A DNA stretch of 64,000 nucleotides, taken from Haplodiscus bocki (lineage: Eukaryota). The position numbers and the translations under genes are program-made. Numbering within the stretch: position 1 is the first letter of the stretch; the number at the start of each line of letters is the position of its first letter. This document shows, in pieces, positions 51,715-64,000 of the stretch. The notes beneath the pieces are model-generated. The model did no database searches. It was not told the origin of the DNA and saw only the letters and a program-made list of their open reading frames with translations. The stretch lies in the NCBI GenBank assembly GCA_965655095.1, contig OZ296648.1:79732001-79796000 (forward strand), read 5' to 3'.

Positions 51715-52010
51715 TCCCCCCCCCCCACACACACACACACACACACAATGATGGATATGCGAAATTATTATTCATCAAACAGTCATTCACCCCCCCCCCC
51801 CACACACACACCATGATGGATATGCGAAATTATTAATTATCAAACAGTCAATCACCCCCCCCCCACACACACACACACCAAGATGGATATGCGAAAGTAT
51901 TAGTTTATTAATTATCAAACAGTCAATCACCCCCCCCCCCCCACACACACACACACACCTGTGTGCGAAATTATTAATTATCAAACATTCGATCACCCCT
52001 CCCCCCACAG
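51715..52010. repeat. Minisatellite of poly-C, (CA)n and ATGGATATGCGAAATTATT, about 4-5 units
   Basis: Directly visible 60-80 bp units. The same unit lies inside the MITE at 49485-49730. Confidence 0.85.
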
Positions 52011-55000
52011 GTGTGCGTGGGGGTGGGGGGATATGTTGGAGAAATGTGGGGTTTGAGGAAATGGGGAGGGGGTATATATTTAAAGATTTTTAATTTCCCA
52101 GGGGATAATGGAATAAAATTTTAATTCCGGAGTAATGAATAGCCAATCGTTCGCACTTGTTCAAAATTGAACTGAAATTTAAAAAAATTTATTGATTAAA
52201 TGATACGGGTTACATAATTCCGCATCTATTCTACTCCAATGGCACATGTAAATTTCAGCCAATTAGAACAAGTTGTTTGTACAAGATCTAATTTCTATGT
52301 TTAGCGGAACTCATTTTAATTTTATCTTTAGCGGTTTTATGTCATTTGGTACGTAATCAATGTTTACGTTCCAAATGACATAAGACCGCTAAACGTAAAA
52401 TTAAAACGAGTTCCGCTAAACATAAAAATTAAATATCGTTCAAACAAATTGCTCTAATTAGCTGAAATTTACATTCGCCATTAGGGTAAAATAGACGCCG
52501 ATTTATGTAACTGATTGTTATTCATTACTCCGAAAGTAAAACTTTTTTTCCCATTACTCCGAAAACAAGGTTTTATTACCATTACTCCAAAAATTAAATT
52601 TTCTTCCCATTACTCCGAAAACTACAGAATAATTCAAAATGTAAAATAGTAAAAGTTGAGAATATTGAGAAAACTTGAATCAAAATATTGATCAAAATAA
52701 AATGATAATCAAAACAAAAACAGTGAATTCAATCAATATACAAATTGAATCAAAATAACTAACGAGTTTAAAATAACTATCTAAGCCCCCTTCCCCCTTC
52801 TTCGACCACCCCACCTCTTCGATCTCCCCATCTCACTTATTCAATCCCCCCACCTCACTTAATCAATCCCCCTCCGACTTATTCAATTCAGCATTTTTAA
52901 CATAAATGACACATAGTGTTCCAGTAGTTTTTCAAGTCTCTGTCACCGAGTCTCAGGGAAAGTTTTAAGGAGTCGATTCTTTCATTGAATAAACGCCTTT
53001 TCTTCTTTTGTATGGGCGAGCTACAGCCTCAATTCGGGGGGAGAGGGGGGAGTAAAGTCCGCTGGGGGAGGGGGAAACGGAAAAGACCCGAAATTTCTGT
53101 AGAAGAATCGAGCAACTTCCTGTTTGCAAACTTGTTTTTTCTTGATCCGAGCTGCTTCATCTATTTCGAAAACGAGTCGTTTTCGGTAAACTCAAAAATG
53201 TATATACCCTAATTAAGTTACATTTTTTATTGAAGAAATATTTTTTGTCTACCCCCCCTCCAACCCCCCCCCAACCTCACTTCTTTCCCAAACAACCCCC
53301 AGGTTTGCCAGAATGTATAGCTTGAAAACAACTTTGAGTACTTTCGAAAATTAACTACATTTTTTTCACTTAATGTTTTTTCATGATTTCTGAGACTTTT
53401 TTCAAGTTTATGTTTTTGAAATTTGATTTGAATTTATGTTTTCTGAGACTCTTTTCAATTTTCTGTTTACTGGTTTTATGACATTTGGGAATCCACCGCT
53501 ATTGATTAGTGCAGATTACGTTCCAAATGACATAAGACCGCTAAACCTAAAATTAAAACGAGTTCCGCTAAACATAAAAATTAAATATCATACAAACAAA
53601 TTGCTCTAATTAGCTGAAATTTACATGCGCCATTAGGGTAAAATAGACGCAGAATTATGTAACCCGTATCATTTAATCAGTAAGTAATTTTGATTTTCAG
53701 TTGAATTTTGAACAAGTGCAAATGATTGACTATTCATTACCCCGAATTAAAATTTTATTCCCATTATCCCCTGGGAAATTAAAAACTTTTAATTATATAC
53801 CCCTCCCCATTTCCTCAACCCCCCACATTTCTCCAACATATCCCCCTCCCCCACCCTTACCCTACTTGTTGAACCCCCTAATTGTTCAAACATTTGATCA
53901 CCCCTCCCGCCCCACACACACACACACAGTCCCCCCACCGACATTCACTCACACACACAGTCCCCCCACCCACATTCACACACATATGAATTTTCAAAAA
54001 GGAACTTCAGAGAAAAAATTTGCAATTAACGGAGACGGAAATTGCCTGAGATTTTGAGCTCGGTTTCAAATCAGCAAGAGAAACGGATTTTACGCAAGTC
54101 CGCTTATGGGGCTGTTATTTCCATTTTACAAAGGCCCTTTCGAAAAAGATGAAAGATCTCGGATTTTTCATTCGCTACAGGGAAGATCCACTTCTGAAAG
54201 GATTTTTGCAAAAAAAAATATGCAATCGGTTATCTGTCAGTCTTATGTCCGCCACATGTTTTATCAATTGACGCAGAGCACAAATTGTTCGATTTTTGAA
54301 AAACGCCTATCCACAACTCGTTTTTTTTCCTTCAGTATTTCGAACACATATGGTTCACCACTTTCCCCCCGAATATGTACAATGTCTATGCGCGCCCTCC
54401 TATTTTACGTACAATCAACGCATGCGAGGGATATAGTAACAGATTCATTGTCAGAGTGGGAAAAAAAGTGGAACCAATTTCGTAGATTTTTTTTGAAAAC
54501 TCTGCAAAAAGAAGAAAAACTGGCAAAAGCCAATTATTTGCAGTAGAGACTCGGATACCGCAGTCCTCCCCAAAGAAAAAATGGCGAGACCTGAACGATT
54601 TTAATCAATTTAAAAAATCGATTCAAATCGAGAAATTGAATATCGACGACTATTGGACAAATATCAGTCATGTTTGCCAGAATATATAGCTTGAAAACAA
54701 ATTTGAGTACTTACATTTGAATTTATGTTTTCTGAGACTCTTTTCAATTTTATTTTTACTGCGACTCCATTTGAAGTTATGTTTTCTGAGACTCTTTTGA
54801 TTTTTATGTTTACTGGTGTTATGTCATTTGGGAATCCACCGACTGATTAGACGCGGAAAGGAAATTCGCATTGCGTCGAAATTCCAAACAGACAAAAATG
54901 AATAAATGATCTCACGCAGCCAGATTATTTGTAGCCAATAGGATTTGCGAGAAGATTTCAAAAAGAGCACCCGATACTTAAAATCCGCCTATTAATTTGG

Positions 55001-56136
55001 TTGATAAGTTTTCAACGTCATCTCGAAATCTAGTCACGAAACAAAATTTACTATTTGATATTTTTGATTTTACCAAAAAGTACGCATGTTTCCTTCAAAA
55101 CAAGTAAGGCAGCTCGAATGATTTTTCTTTCACATCCTCTCAAAATCAGCTAGGAGGAAAATAGAATAGAGGTTCCAGGTGCAACGAATTTGTAGAGGGG
55201 GGAGGACAGGCTTAACAAACTTGAGAGCCCCCCACCGCCCCAGCCCCACAAGGGATGACGAAACTAAAATCGCATAAAAAATTTTCGAGGAAAATAAAAA
55301 AATGTTATCTAGTTATATTAGAACTTGCCATAATCTGAATTCACGGGATAATAATTCTGTCACTCCCCCTTCCCCGATTAGTTCAACCCTCCCCCCAAGA
55401 AGCGTAGTAGGTACGTGTGCGTGAAATGAACGGCGTAATGGTTCAACTCACCTATTAGTAAATTTTAGACAATCAGACAAGATCTCTTCCGCGGGCGCGG
55501 AGGATTTGTGGTTCGAACTTTAGATACTGTTGGCTGGAGGGGTTAACAGAAAATAGCCAAACGCAATCAAGTGGTAGAAATATCCCGATTTTCTCATGCT
55601 AAGTCAAAGTTTGCAGAACAACTACGTTTCTTGACTAGATTTTTTTCGTATTAGCCGCGAATTTTACATTGCCGTGGACCGTAGACCTCAAAATAATAAC
55701 TGATAACTGTTATAGTTGGAGTTACAGCTGTTAAACCAATAATTAAATTTCAAATGTGAGAGATTAGTTCCCGAATTTGGGCTGTAGAAGACCAAAATTC
55801 CAATTTCGTTTGTTTAAACCGAATATTCAATTTCGGCCGTATGAATAGTCACCAAGCGGAGTTATGTAACCCGTATCATTTAATCGATATGTACTTTTGA
55901 ACTTCAGTTGAATTTTGAACAAGTGCGAACGATTGGCTATTCATTTTTCCGGAATTAAAATTTTATTCACATTATCCCTTGGAAAATCAAAAATGTTCAA
56001 ATATAAAGCCCCTCCCCATTTCCTCAACCCCACACATTTCTCCAACATATCCCCCTCCCCCACCCCCCCAGAAAACTGTTCGACCCCCACCTCTACCGTT
56101 CCCTATTTGTTCGATCTTTGGATCACCCCACCCGCC

Positions 56137-56191
<55 letters not shown>

Positions 56192-57119
56192 AACACAACC
56201 TGTATCCACAACTCATCTTTTCCTTTGAATATTTCGAACATTCTGGTTCAGCGCTTTCCCCCGAATGTGTGTGCTGTCTATGCGCGCCCTCCTACTTTAC
56301 ATACAATCCACACATGCGAGGGATATAACAACCGATTCAATGTCAGACTGGGAAGAACAGTGAAACCAGAATTTTGGAATTTTTTTAAAATCCTGAAAAA
56401 AGAAGAAAAACTGGCAGAAGCCAATTAACTGAAATATAGACTGGGATACCGCGAGACCTGAACGACCGAATTTTGAATTCAAAATATCGATTCGAATCGA
56501 GAAACTTGAATATCGACTAGTACTGGACAAACATCAGTCTTGTTTGCCAGAATATATAGCTTGAAAACAAGTTTGAATACTCTTGAACAATAACAACAAT
56601 TATTATATTCACTGGTTTTTTTAAGTTGTCTGGAACAACTTCTATTTTATGTTTACTAACACTCAATTTCAATATATGTTTTCTGAGACTTGTTTTAATT
56701 TTATGTTTAGCAGTCTTATGTCATTTGGAAAACCACCATCACTGCAGCTCAGCAGCTGCTGCGGGTAATTCGAAAAACGAAACTGTGCTGCTGCTAATTT
56801 CCTCGGATAAGCAAAAATTGTATTTAAATAGGAAGTAGAATTGAATATCCAGATTTATTTTTTGTCTGATAGAGCTTTTCTGAACAATTTGGCCTAAAAT
56901 GTTCTTGAATATTCTCAATCAAAAAATTCTTCAGAGACTCATTTTCTAGTAAAATTGTTCATATAAAAGATAATGAGTGTGTATGATATTCTTGAAGTTT
57001 TTCGAAGTTTTAGTAATTTGTATGTCAATTTCAAATTTAAATCAAAAGCTTTTCATGATGATCAATTTTCAAAACAATTTATTTCAATTTGAAAAGAATT
57101 TGAAATTCGAATGTCAAAT

Positions 57120-60100
57120 TAAAAAATAGGTGCGAAAGTGCTGAGCGCAAGGCTCGCGAAAGTAGTCATCCTTTTGACCACAATGCTGACCAGATGCTTA
57201 CGCAATGCCAGAGAGCATGTAGCGAAATCTGTGGAGCTTGAGGAGAAAACAATCATGAGTTAACGGCGGAGGTTCAGGCTAACTATCCTAACTTGAAACA
57301 AAAAATTATGAGAAAAATTTTAGATCTGAAAAGTCAACGGAAACCAGCCGCTGTGTAGCTAAAACTGTCTCAGGGCAGCAAGGTTCCAAAAATTGACAAG
57401 TTGGTGTTAAGTCAAGAAATACGAATCTGGAAACTAAAAACCCTCCCATAAAGCCGTGTTTTCTCGATGAAATTCCTCAGAAAACCTTAATGAAAGAAAT
57501 TTCACGCAACACCAAGGTCAAATTCAAGAGAAACTGAAGGTTTTTAGGAGACACACAGTTGAGGCAAATATGCAGGTGATGAGAATCGTAGTAAACTATC
57601 GCAACGGGCAAAAACAAATGAAAAAAATCGTTGTACACCCAAAGAATACCTTGGCCGGACTACCAATCTACGGCCGAGCGTACCTTGAAATGTTCTCAAT
57701 CACTTCTCCAGGCAATGCAGTTCGAGTCACGGAGGGTAGTTTTTTTGCAACTGGATATTAAAGCTTAGGAACAGTCGACTACGGTTCAGGAAACATAAAT
57801 TTTGACATAATTCGGCTAAAAGTACATCAGTAAATTTAGCTAATACTGGAATCTCCCATTAAAACTCACTGCTGTAAACATTGTTTAAAGTCTTTCTCAG
57901 TTCAACTGATATGCGTTACTTTGAGGCAAGCCGAAAGCGCTACTTTTTGGATTCTGCAAAAAATTCATTTTTTGCACAAAGCATTTCGGTCAAAAAATTG
58001 AGAAAAAGCAGAAAATTATCGCCTAAAGACAGAATTCAACTAACGATGCAAGTTCCAATGCTCGCCCGTTACTGGAGTGCCATATATGGGATATTGCGCG
58101 GGACAATTGAGACAAAGTTGCACTTGCGCTCTTAAAAAGTCCGGGGATACAAATAATTTCGCCGAAAAGTTCGGCCTTGGTCGGTTAAGACATTGCCATT
58201 GCAAAAAAGCAAGAAGTAAACGCATTTTACGAATGCGTTTGAAGAAAAAGAGCGTCAAATTTAAAAAAAAGCGGTGGCCGATGGGGACTGTCCAATCTGT
58301 TTCGAAAAATTTCGAAGGTTTCAGCTCTTTTTCTGACAAAAACTTACCTAACAAAAAACATTTTGGCAAAAAAGATTACATCATGTCACCCAATTGAATT
58401 GTGATTCATCAATTAGTGCAAAAATACTGGCAATTCGAAGCTTACTGTTTTGACGGGACTCAAAAATACATCGTTTTTCCTCTAAAAACTCCGGAAATTG
58501 GACTTTTTTCGCCAAAAAATCGCCAAAAAAATTACTCTCCGACCGAAAGCTCACAAAATTATAGATCGTTATCCATTTGTAGTGTTTATACAGAAAAAGG
58601 ACACATTCGATCCTTCGATGAAGAAAAAAATCAATTTTAAAGAAATGAAACGCAGAGGTATGTCACGGACGTCAAAAAAAACGGAATGGTTTCGATTAGT
58701 CGTGTGGGAGTAAAATAGCATAGGCGCTAAGGCTCTTAGTGCAGGGCTCGCGAAAGTTCCCAGACTTTTGCCTACAACCATGACCATATGCTCATGCAAA
58801 GTCAGCAAGCTTGCACCGAAATCTGAGGAGATTAGATAGAAAACAATCATGAGATGACAGCGGAGGTTGAAGGTAACTATACTAACTTCAAACAAATTTC
58901 AGCTGAGAGAGAAAGATTCGTCATCTCAAAAGTCAAAAGAAGCCAGCGGTTGTTGAGCAACTGCAGTCTCAAAGCAGCGAGGTTCCAAAAGTTGACAACT
59001 CTGTTAACTAAAGAACCACAAATCCGGAAACAAAAACCTTCCCAAAGCCGTGTTTTCTCGACACTTATTCTCAGGTAAATCGACTGAAAGATTTCTGACG
59101 CAGTCACAAGGGCATTCAGAAGAGGCTGAAAGATAATGGTAGCCAAACAAACCTTTGAAGGAATTTTCCAGGTGATGAGAGTCGTAGTAAGTCATCGCTA
59201 AGGGCCAAACAAACTGAAAACAAATTGTTCTACTTCCGAAGAGTACCTTGGCCGCACCACCTTACCATGACCGAGCGTAACCTGAAAATGCATTGAACTG
59301 CTTCTTCCGGCAATCCAATGGCCATCACAAAGACCAGGTATCTTTTTTGTGCTATCGGATGAAAATTACTTGCAAGAGTCAGCAAAAGTTGAGGAAACGT
59401 TTTTTTGACAATTTTTGGCAATAAATCCATAAAACAACCCGCTCTTTGTCAAAACTTGCGTCAAAACTCACTGCTGATTTCAGTATTTACTATCTTTTTT
59501 TTCAAGCGATACGCATCAATTTGAGGCAGGCCAAAAGCGATACATTTTGGATAAAGCAAAAAAACTCGTTTGAAAATCAATTTTTGCACGAAACTATTCG
59601 ATCAAAATTTTGTGAAAAACCAGAAAGTTTTCAACTAAAAGTTGAATATAATTAGCGTTTCATAATCAATTGCCTGAAAATTACTGGAACGTCATTCAAG
59701 GGATATTGGGCCAGACAATTGCAACAAACTAACATTTGCCCTCTAAAAAAGTCTGGGTTTTCAATTAACTTCGCCGAAAAGTTCGGCCACGGTCAATTAC
59801 GACATTGCCAGTGCAAGTAAGCAAGAAGCAAAACCATCTCCTGAATAGGTTCGTAGAAAATTAGCGTCAAATATAAAAAACGCAGTGGGCGATGGGGACT
59901 GTCCAATCTGTTTCGAAAAATTTCAAAGATTTCGGCTCTTTTTTAGACAAAAACTGTCAAAATAAAGAAAAATTTGGCAAAAAAGTTTACATCACGCCGC
60001 TCAATTGATTTGTGTTCCATCAATTAGTGCTTAAATATTTACAATTCGAAGCTTACTGTAATGATGGGACTCATAAATACATCGTTTGTCTTCTAAAAAC

Positions 60101-63100
60101 TCCGGAAACTGAGTTTTTTATCGCCAATAAATCGCCGAAAAAGTTATTCGGCGGCCGAAAGTTCGCAAAATGATATATCGTTATCCAATTGTAGTGTTTA
60201 TCTAGAAAACGGACAAATTCGATCCTTCGATGAAAGACAAAATCAATTTTGAAAAATGAAATGCAGAGGGATTTCACGAACCTTAAAAAAAAACGAATTG
60301 GTTTCCATTAGTCGTGTGGGAGTAAATTAGCATAGGGGAAAATGTTCTTAGTGCAGGTCTCGCGAAAGTTCCCAAACTTTTGCCTACAACCATGACCAGA
60401 TGCTCATGCAATGTCAGCAAGCTTGTACCGAAATCTGAGGAGATTAGATGGAAAACAATCAAGTGATCACAGCGGAGGTTCAAGATATCTACATTAACTT
60501 CAAACAAGTTTTAGCTGGGAAAGAAAGTTTCGTCATCTCAAAAGTCAAAAGAAGCCAGCGGCTGTTCAGCAACTGCGGTCTCAGAGCAGCGAGGTTCCAA
60601 AAGTTGACAACTCTGTTAACTAAAGGACCAAAAATCCGGAAACAAAAATCTTCCCAAAAGGCCGTGTTTTATCGATACATACAGGTGATGAGAGTCGTAA
60701 TAAATCATCGCTGAGGGCAAAACAAATTGCAAAAAAAATTGTTCTACATCCGAAGAGTACATTAGCCGGACCACCTTTCCACGACCGAGCGTAACCTGAA
60801 AACGTCCTGAACTGCTTATTCAGGCAATGCAGTGGCCATCACAAAGCCCAGGTATGTTTTTTGTGCTATTGGATAAAAAGTAATTGCAAGAGTCAGCAAA
60901 AGATGAGGAAACGTTTTTTTGACAATTTTTGGCAATAAATCCATAAAACAACTCGCTCCCGTTCACAAATTGTGTCAAAACAAACTGCTGTACGTATTGC
61001 TTACTAACTTTAACTTTTCAAGCGATATGCATCACTTTGAGGCAAGCTGAAAACGCTACGTTCTGAATAAAGCAAAAAACTCATTTGAAAATCAAATTTT
61101 GCACAAAACTATACAATCAAAATTTTGTGAAAAACCAGAAAGTTTTCAACTAAAAAATGAATATAATTAGCGTTTCATATTCCTATGCCTGAAAACTACT
61201 GGGACGTCATTCGAGGGATTTTGGGCCAGACAATTGCAACAAACTAACATTTGCCCTCTAAAAAAGTCTGGGTTTTCAATTAACTTCGCCGAAATTTCGG
61301 CCACGGTCAATTACGACATTGCCAGTGCAAGTAAGCAAGAAACAAAACCATCTCATGAATGGGTTCTTAGAAAATCAGCGTCAAATTTGAAAAAACGCAG
61401 TGGGCGATGGGGACTGTCCAACCTGTTTCGAAAAATTTCAAAGATTTCAGCTCTTTTTTAGACAAAAACTGTCGAAAGAAAGAAAAATTTGGCAAAAAAG
61501 ATCACATCACGCCGCTCAATTGATTTGTGTTCCATCAGTTAGTGCTTTAATGTTTACAATTCGAAGCTTACTGTAATGATGGGTTTCAAAATATATCGTT
61601 TGTCCTCTAAAAACTCCGGATATTGAAAAAAAAATTTCGCTGATAAATCACCGAGAAAAAATGGCAGCCGAAAGTTCGGAATATGAATCGTGATCCAGTT
61701 ATAGTGTTCGTACAGGAAAGGGACAAATTCGTTCCATGGGTGGTGAAAAAAGCAATTTTAGAGAAATGAAACGCAGAAGGATATCACGGACGTCAGAAAA
61801 AATCGAAAACATTTTGACTAATCGTGTTGGAATAATTTAGCATAGGCGCTAAGGTTTTTAATGCAGAGCTCGCGAAAATTCACAACCTATTGACTACAAC
61901 ACTGACCAGATGCTTATACAATGTCAGCAAGCATGTAACGAAATCTGAGGAGATTAGGCAGAAAACAATCAAGTGATCACAGCGGAGGTTCAAGATAACT
62001 ACACTAACTTCAAACAAGTTTTAGCTGGGAAAGGAAGTTTCGTCATCTCAAAAGTCCAAAGAAGCCAGCGGCTGTTCAGCAACTGCGGTCTCAGAGCAGC
62101 GAGTCTCCAAAAGTTGACAACTCTGTGTTAATTAAAGAACCACGAACCGGGAAACAAAAATCTTCCCAAAAGGCCGTGTTTTATCGATACATACAGTTGA
62201 TGAGAGTCGGAATAAATCATCGCTGAGGGCAAAACAAATTGCAAAAAAAATTGCTCTACATCCGAAGAGTACATTAGCCGGACCCCCTTTCCACGACCGA
62301 GCGTAACCTGAAAACGTCCTGAACTGCTTATTCAGGCAATGCAGCGGCCATCACAAAGCCCAGGTATGTTTTTTGTGCTATTGGATAAAAAGTAATTGCA
62401 AGAGTCAGCAAAAGAAGAGGAAACGTTTTTTTGACAATTTTTGGCAATAAATCCATAAAACAACTCGCTCCCGGTCAAAACTTGTGTCAAAACACACTGC
62501 TGTACGTATTGCTTACTAACTTTAACTTTTCAAGCGATATGCATCACTTTGAGGCAAACCGAAAACGCTACGTTCTGGATAAAGCAAAAAATTCATTTGA
62601 AAATCGAATTTTGCACAAAACTATTCGATCAAAATTTGGTGAAAAACCAGAAAGTTTTCAACTAAAGTTTGAATATAATTAGCGTTTCATATTCTTATGC
62701 CTGAAAATTACTGGGACGTCATTCGAGGGATATTGGGCCAGACAATTGCAACAAACTAACATTTGCCCTCTAAAAATGTCTGGGTTTTCAATTAACTTCG
62801 CCGAAATTTCGGCCACGGTCAATTACGACATTGCCAGTGCAAGTAAGCAAGAAGCAAAACCATCTCATGAATGGGTTCGTAGAAAATCAGCGTCAAATTT
62901 AAAAAAACGCAGTGGGCGATGGGGACTGTCCAATCTGTTTCGAAAAATTTCAAAGATTTCAGCTCTTTTTTAGACAAAAACTGTCGAAACAAAGAAAAAT
63001 TTGGCAAAAAAGATTACGTCACGCCGCTCAATTGATTTGTGTTCCATCAGTTATGCTTAAATGTTTACAATTCGAAGCTTACTGTAATGATGGGTTTCAA

Positions 63101-64000
63101 AATATATCGTTTGTCCTCTAAAAACTCCGGATATTGAAAAAAAAGTTTCGCTGATAAATCACCGAGAAAAAATGGCAGCCGAAAGTTCGGAATATGAATC
63201 GTGATCCAGTTATAGTGTTCGTACAGGAAAGGGACAAATTCGTTCCATGGGTGGTGAAAAAAGCAATTTTAGAGAAATGAAACGCAGAAGGATATCACGG
63301 ACGTCAGAAAAAATCGAAAACATTTTGACTAGTCGTGTTGGAATAATTTAGCATAGGCGCTAAGGTTTTTAATGCAGAGCTCGCGAAAATTCACAACCTA
63401 TTGCCTACAACACTGACCAGATGCTCATGCAATGTCAGCAAGCTTGTACCGAAATCTGAGGAGATTAGGTAGAAAACAATCATGAGACGGCCGCGGAGGT
63501 TGGAGGTAACTATACTAACTTCAAATAAAGTTTAGCTGAAAGAGGAAAGTTTGGCATCTCAAAAGTCAACGAAAACCAGCCGCTGCTCAGCAACTGCGGT
63601 CTCAGAGCAGCGAGGTTCAGGAAAAAGAAAACTCTGAATTAACTAAAGAACCACGAATCGGGGTTTAAAAATCTTCCCGAAAGGCCGTGTTTTATCGATA
63701 CATACAGGTGATGAGAGTCGTAATAAATCATCGCTGAGGGCAAAACAAATTGCAAAAAAAATTGCTCTACATCCGAAGAGTACATTAGCCGGACTACCTT
63801 TCCACGACCGAGCGTAACCTGAAAACGTCCTGAACTGCTTATTCAGGCAATCCAGTGGCCATCACAAAGCCCAGGTATGTTTTTTGTGCTATTGGATAAA
63901 AATTAATTGCAAGAGTCAGCAAAAGAAGAGGAAACGTTTTTTTGACAATTTTTGGCAATAAATCCATAAAACAACTCGCTCCCGGTCAAAACTTGTGTCA
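57120..64000 (+). repeat. Tandem macro-repeat, 1.5-1.6 kb unit, about 4.5 copies, running off the window; unit is a TRIM-like pseudogene
   Basis: CTCGCGAAA marker at ~57152, 58746, 60358, 61868, 63379. GATGGGGACTGTCCAA at ~58280, 59891, 61406, 62918. The unit reads DGDCPICFEKF...LIC(F)HQLCLKCLQ...IVCPL (RING-HC across frameshifts), CSVY, then H.DQML.QCQ.AC.EICG..ENNH (B-box-like), then a helical region. Confidence 0.9.

Larger units (their letters stand above)
50547..56740. mobile_element. Cluster of four internally deleted MULE (FLYWCH/Phantom-like) elements
   Basis: Shared TIR core CCAAATGACA(C/T)AAGACC. Units are ~50547-52358 (-), 52362-53498 (+), 53514-54841 (+) and ~55860-56740 (+, partial). 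27-bp subterminal repeats lie at 50580-50725. Confidence 0.75.

Noticed and set aside
55915-56428. Pro/His-Thr-rich ORFs
   Set aside because: Translations of poly-C and (CA)n tracts. Only the distal part is a MULE transposase remnant.

Overview
AT-rich eukaryotic (probably animal) DNA made almost entirely of nested mobile elements and decayed multigene-family copies. I see no intact host housekeeping gene. In order: (1) a decayed Polinton/Maverick at 1-8.35 kb (packaging ATPase, probable major capsid, rve integrase, protein-primed PolB); (2) gag remnants, small TIR elements and a 149-N gap at 9-18 kb; (3) a Gypsy-type element at ~18.5-26.3 kb with an intact 519-aa gag and a dead pol. Its leader is interrupted by two tandem Helentron-type non-autonomous elements (HINE/DINE-1-like) carrying 17 tRNA-Ile-derived genes, 14 with the normally absent anticodon AAA; (4) three decayed TRIM-like genes (RING/B-box/coiled coil) that end in arrays of a ~180-bp (60-codon) repeat, at 26.9-30.3, 33.1-38.3 and 41.0-43.8 kb; (5) two CCCGGGTTGA-tipped, TA-flanked TIR elements with different palindromic-motif interiors; (6) CRE-like and Penelope-like retroelement fragments; (7) a cluster of internally deleted FLYWCH-MULE elements at 50.5-56.7 kb; (8) a 1.5-1.6 kb macro-repeat at 57.1-64 kb whose unit is a frameshifted TRIM-like gene. 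The best candidates for something undescribed are the Helentron-borne tRNA(AAA) array and the TRIM-plus-60-aa-repeat family. All protein calls come from manual translation and motif recognition, often across frameshifts. No database searches were run and coordinates of decayed features are approximate.
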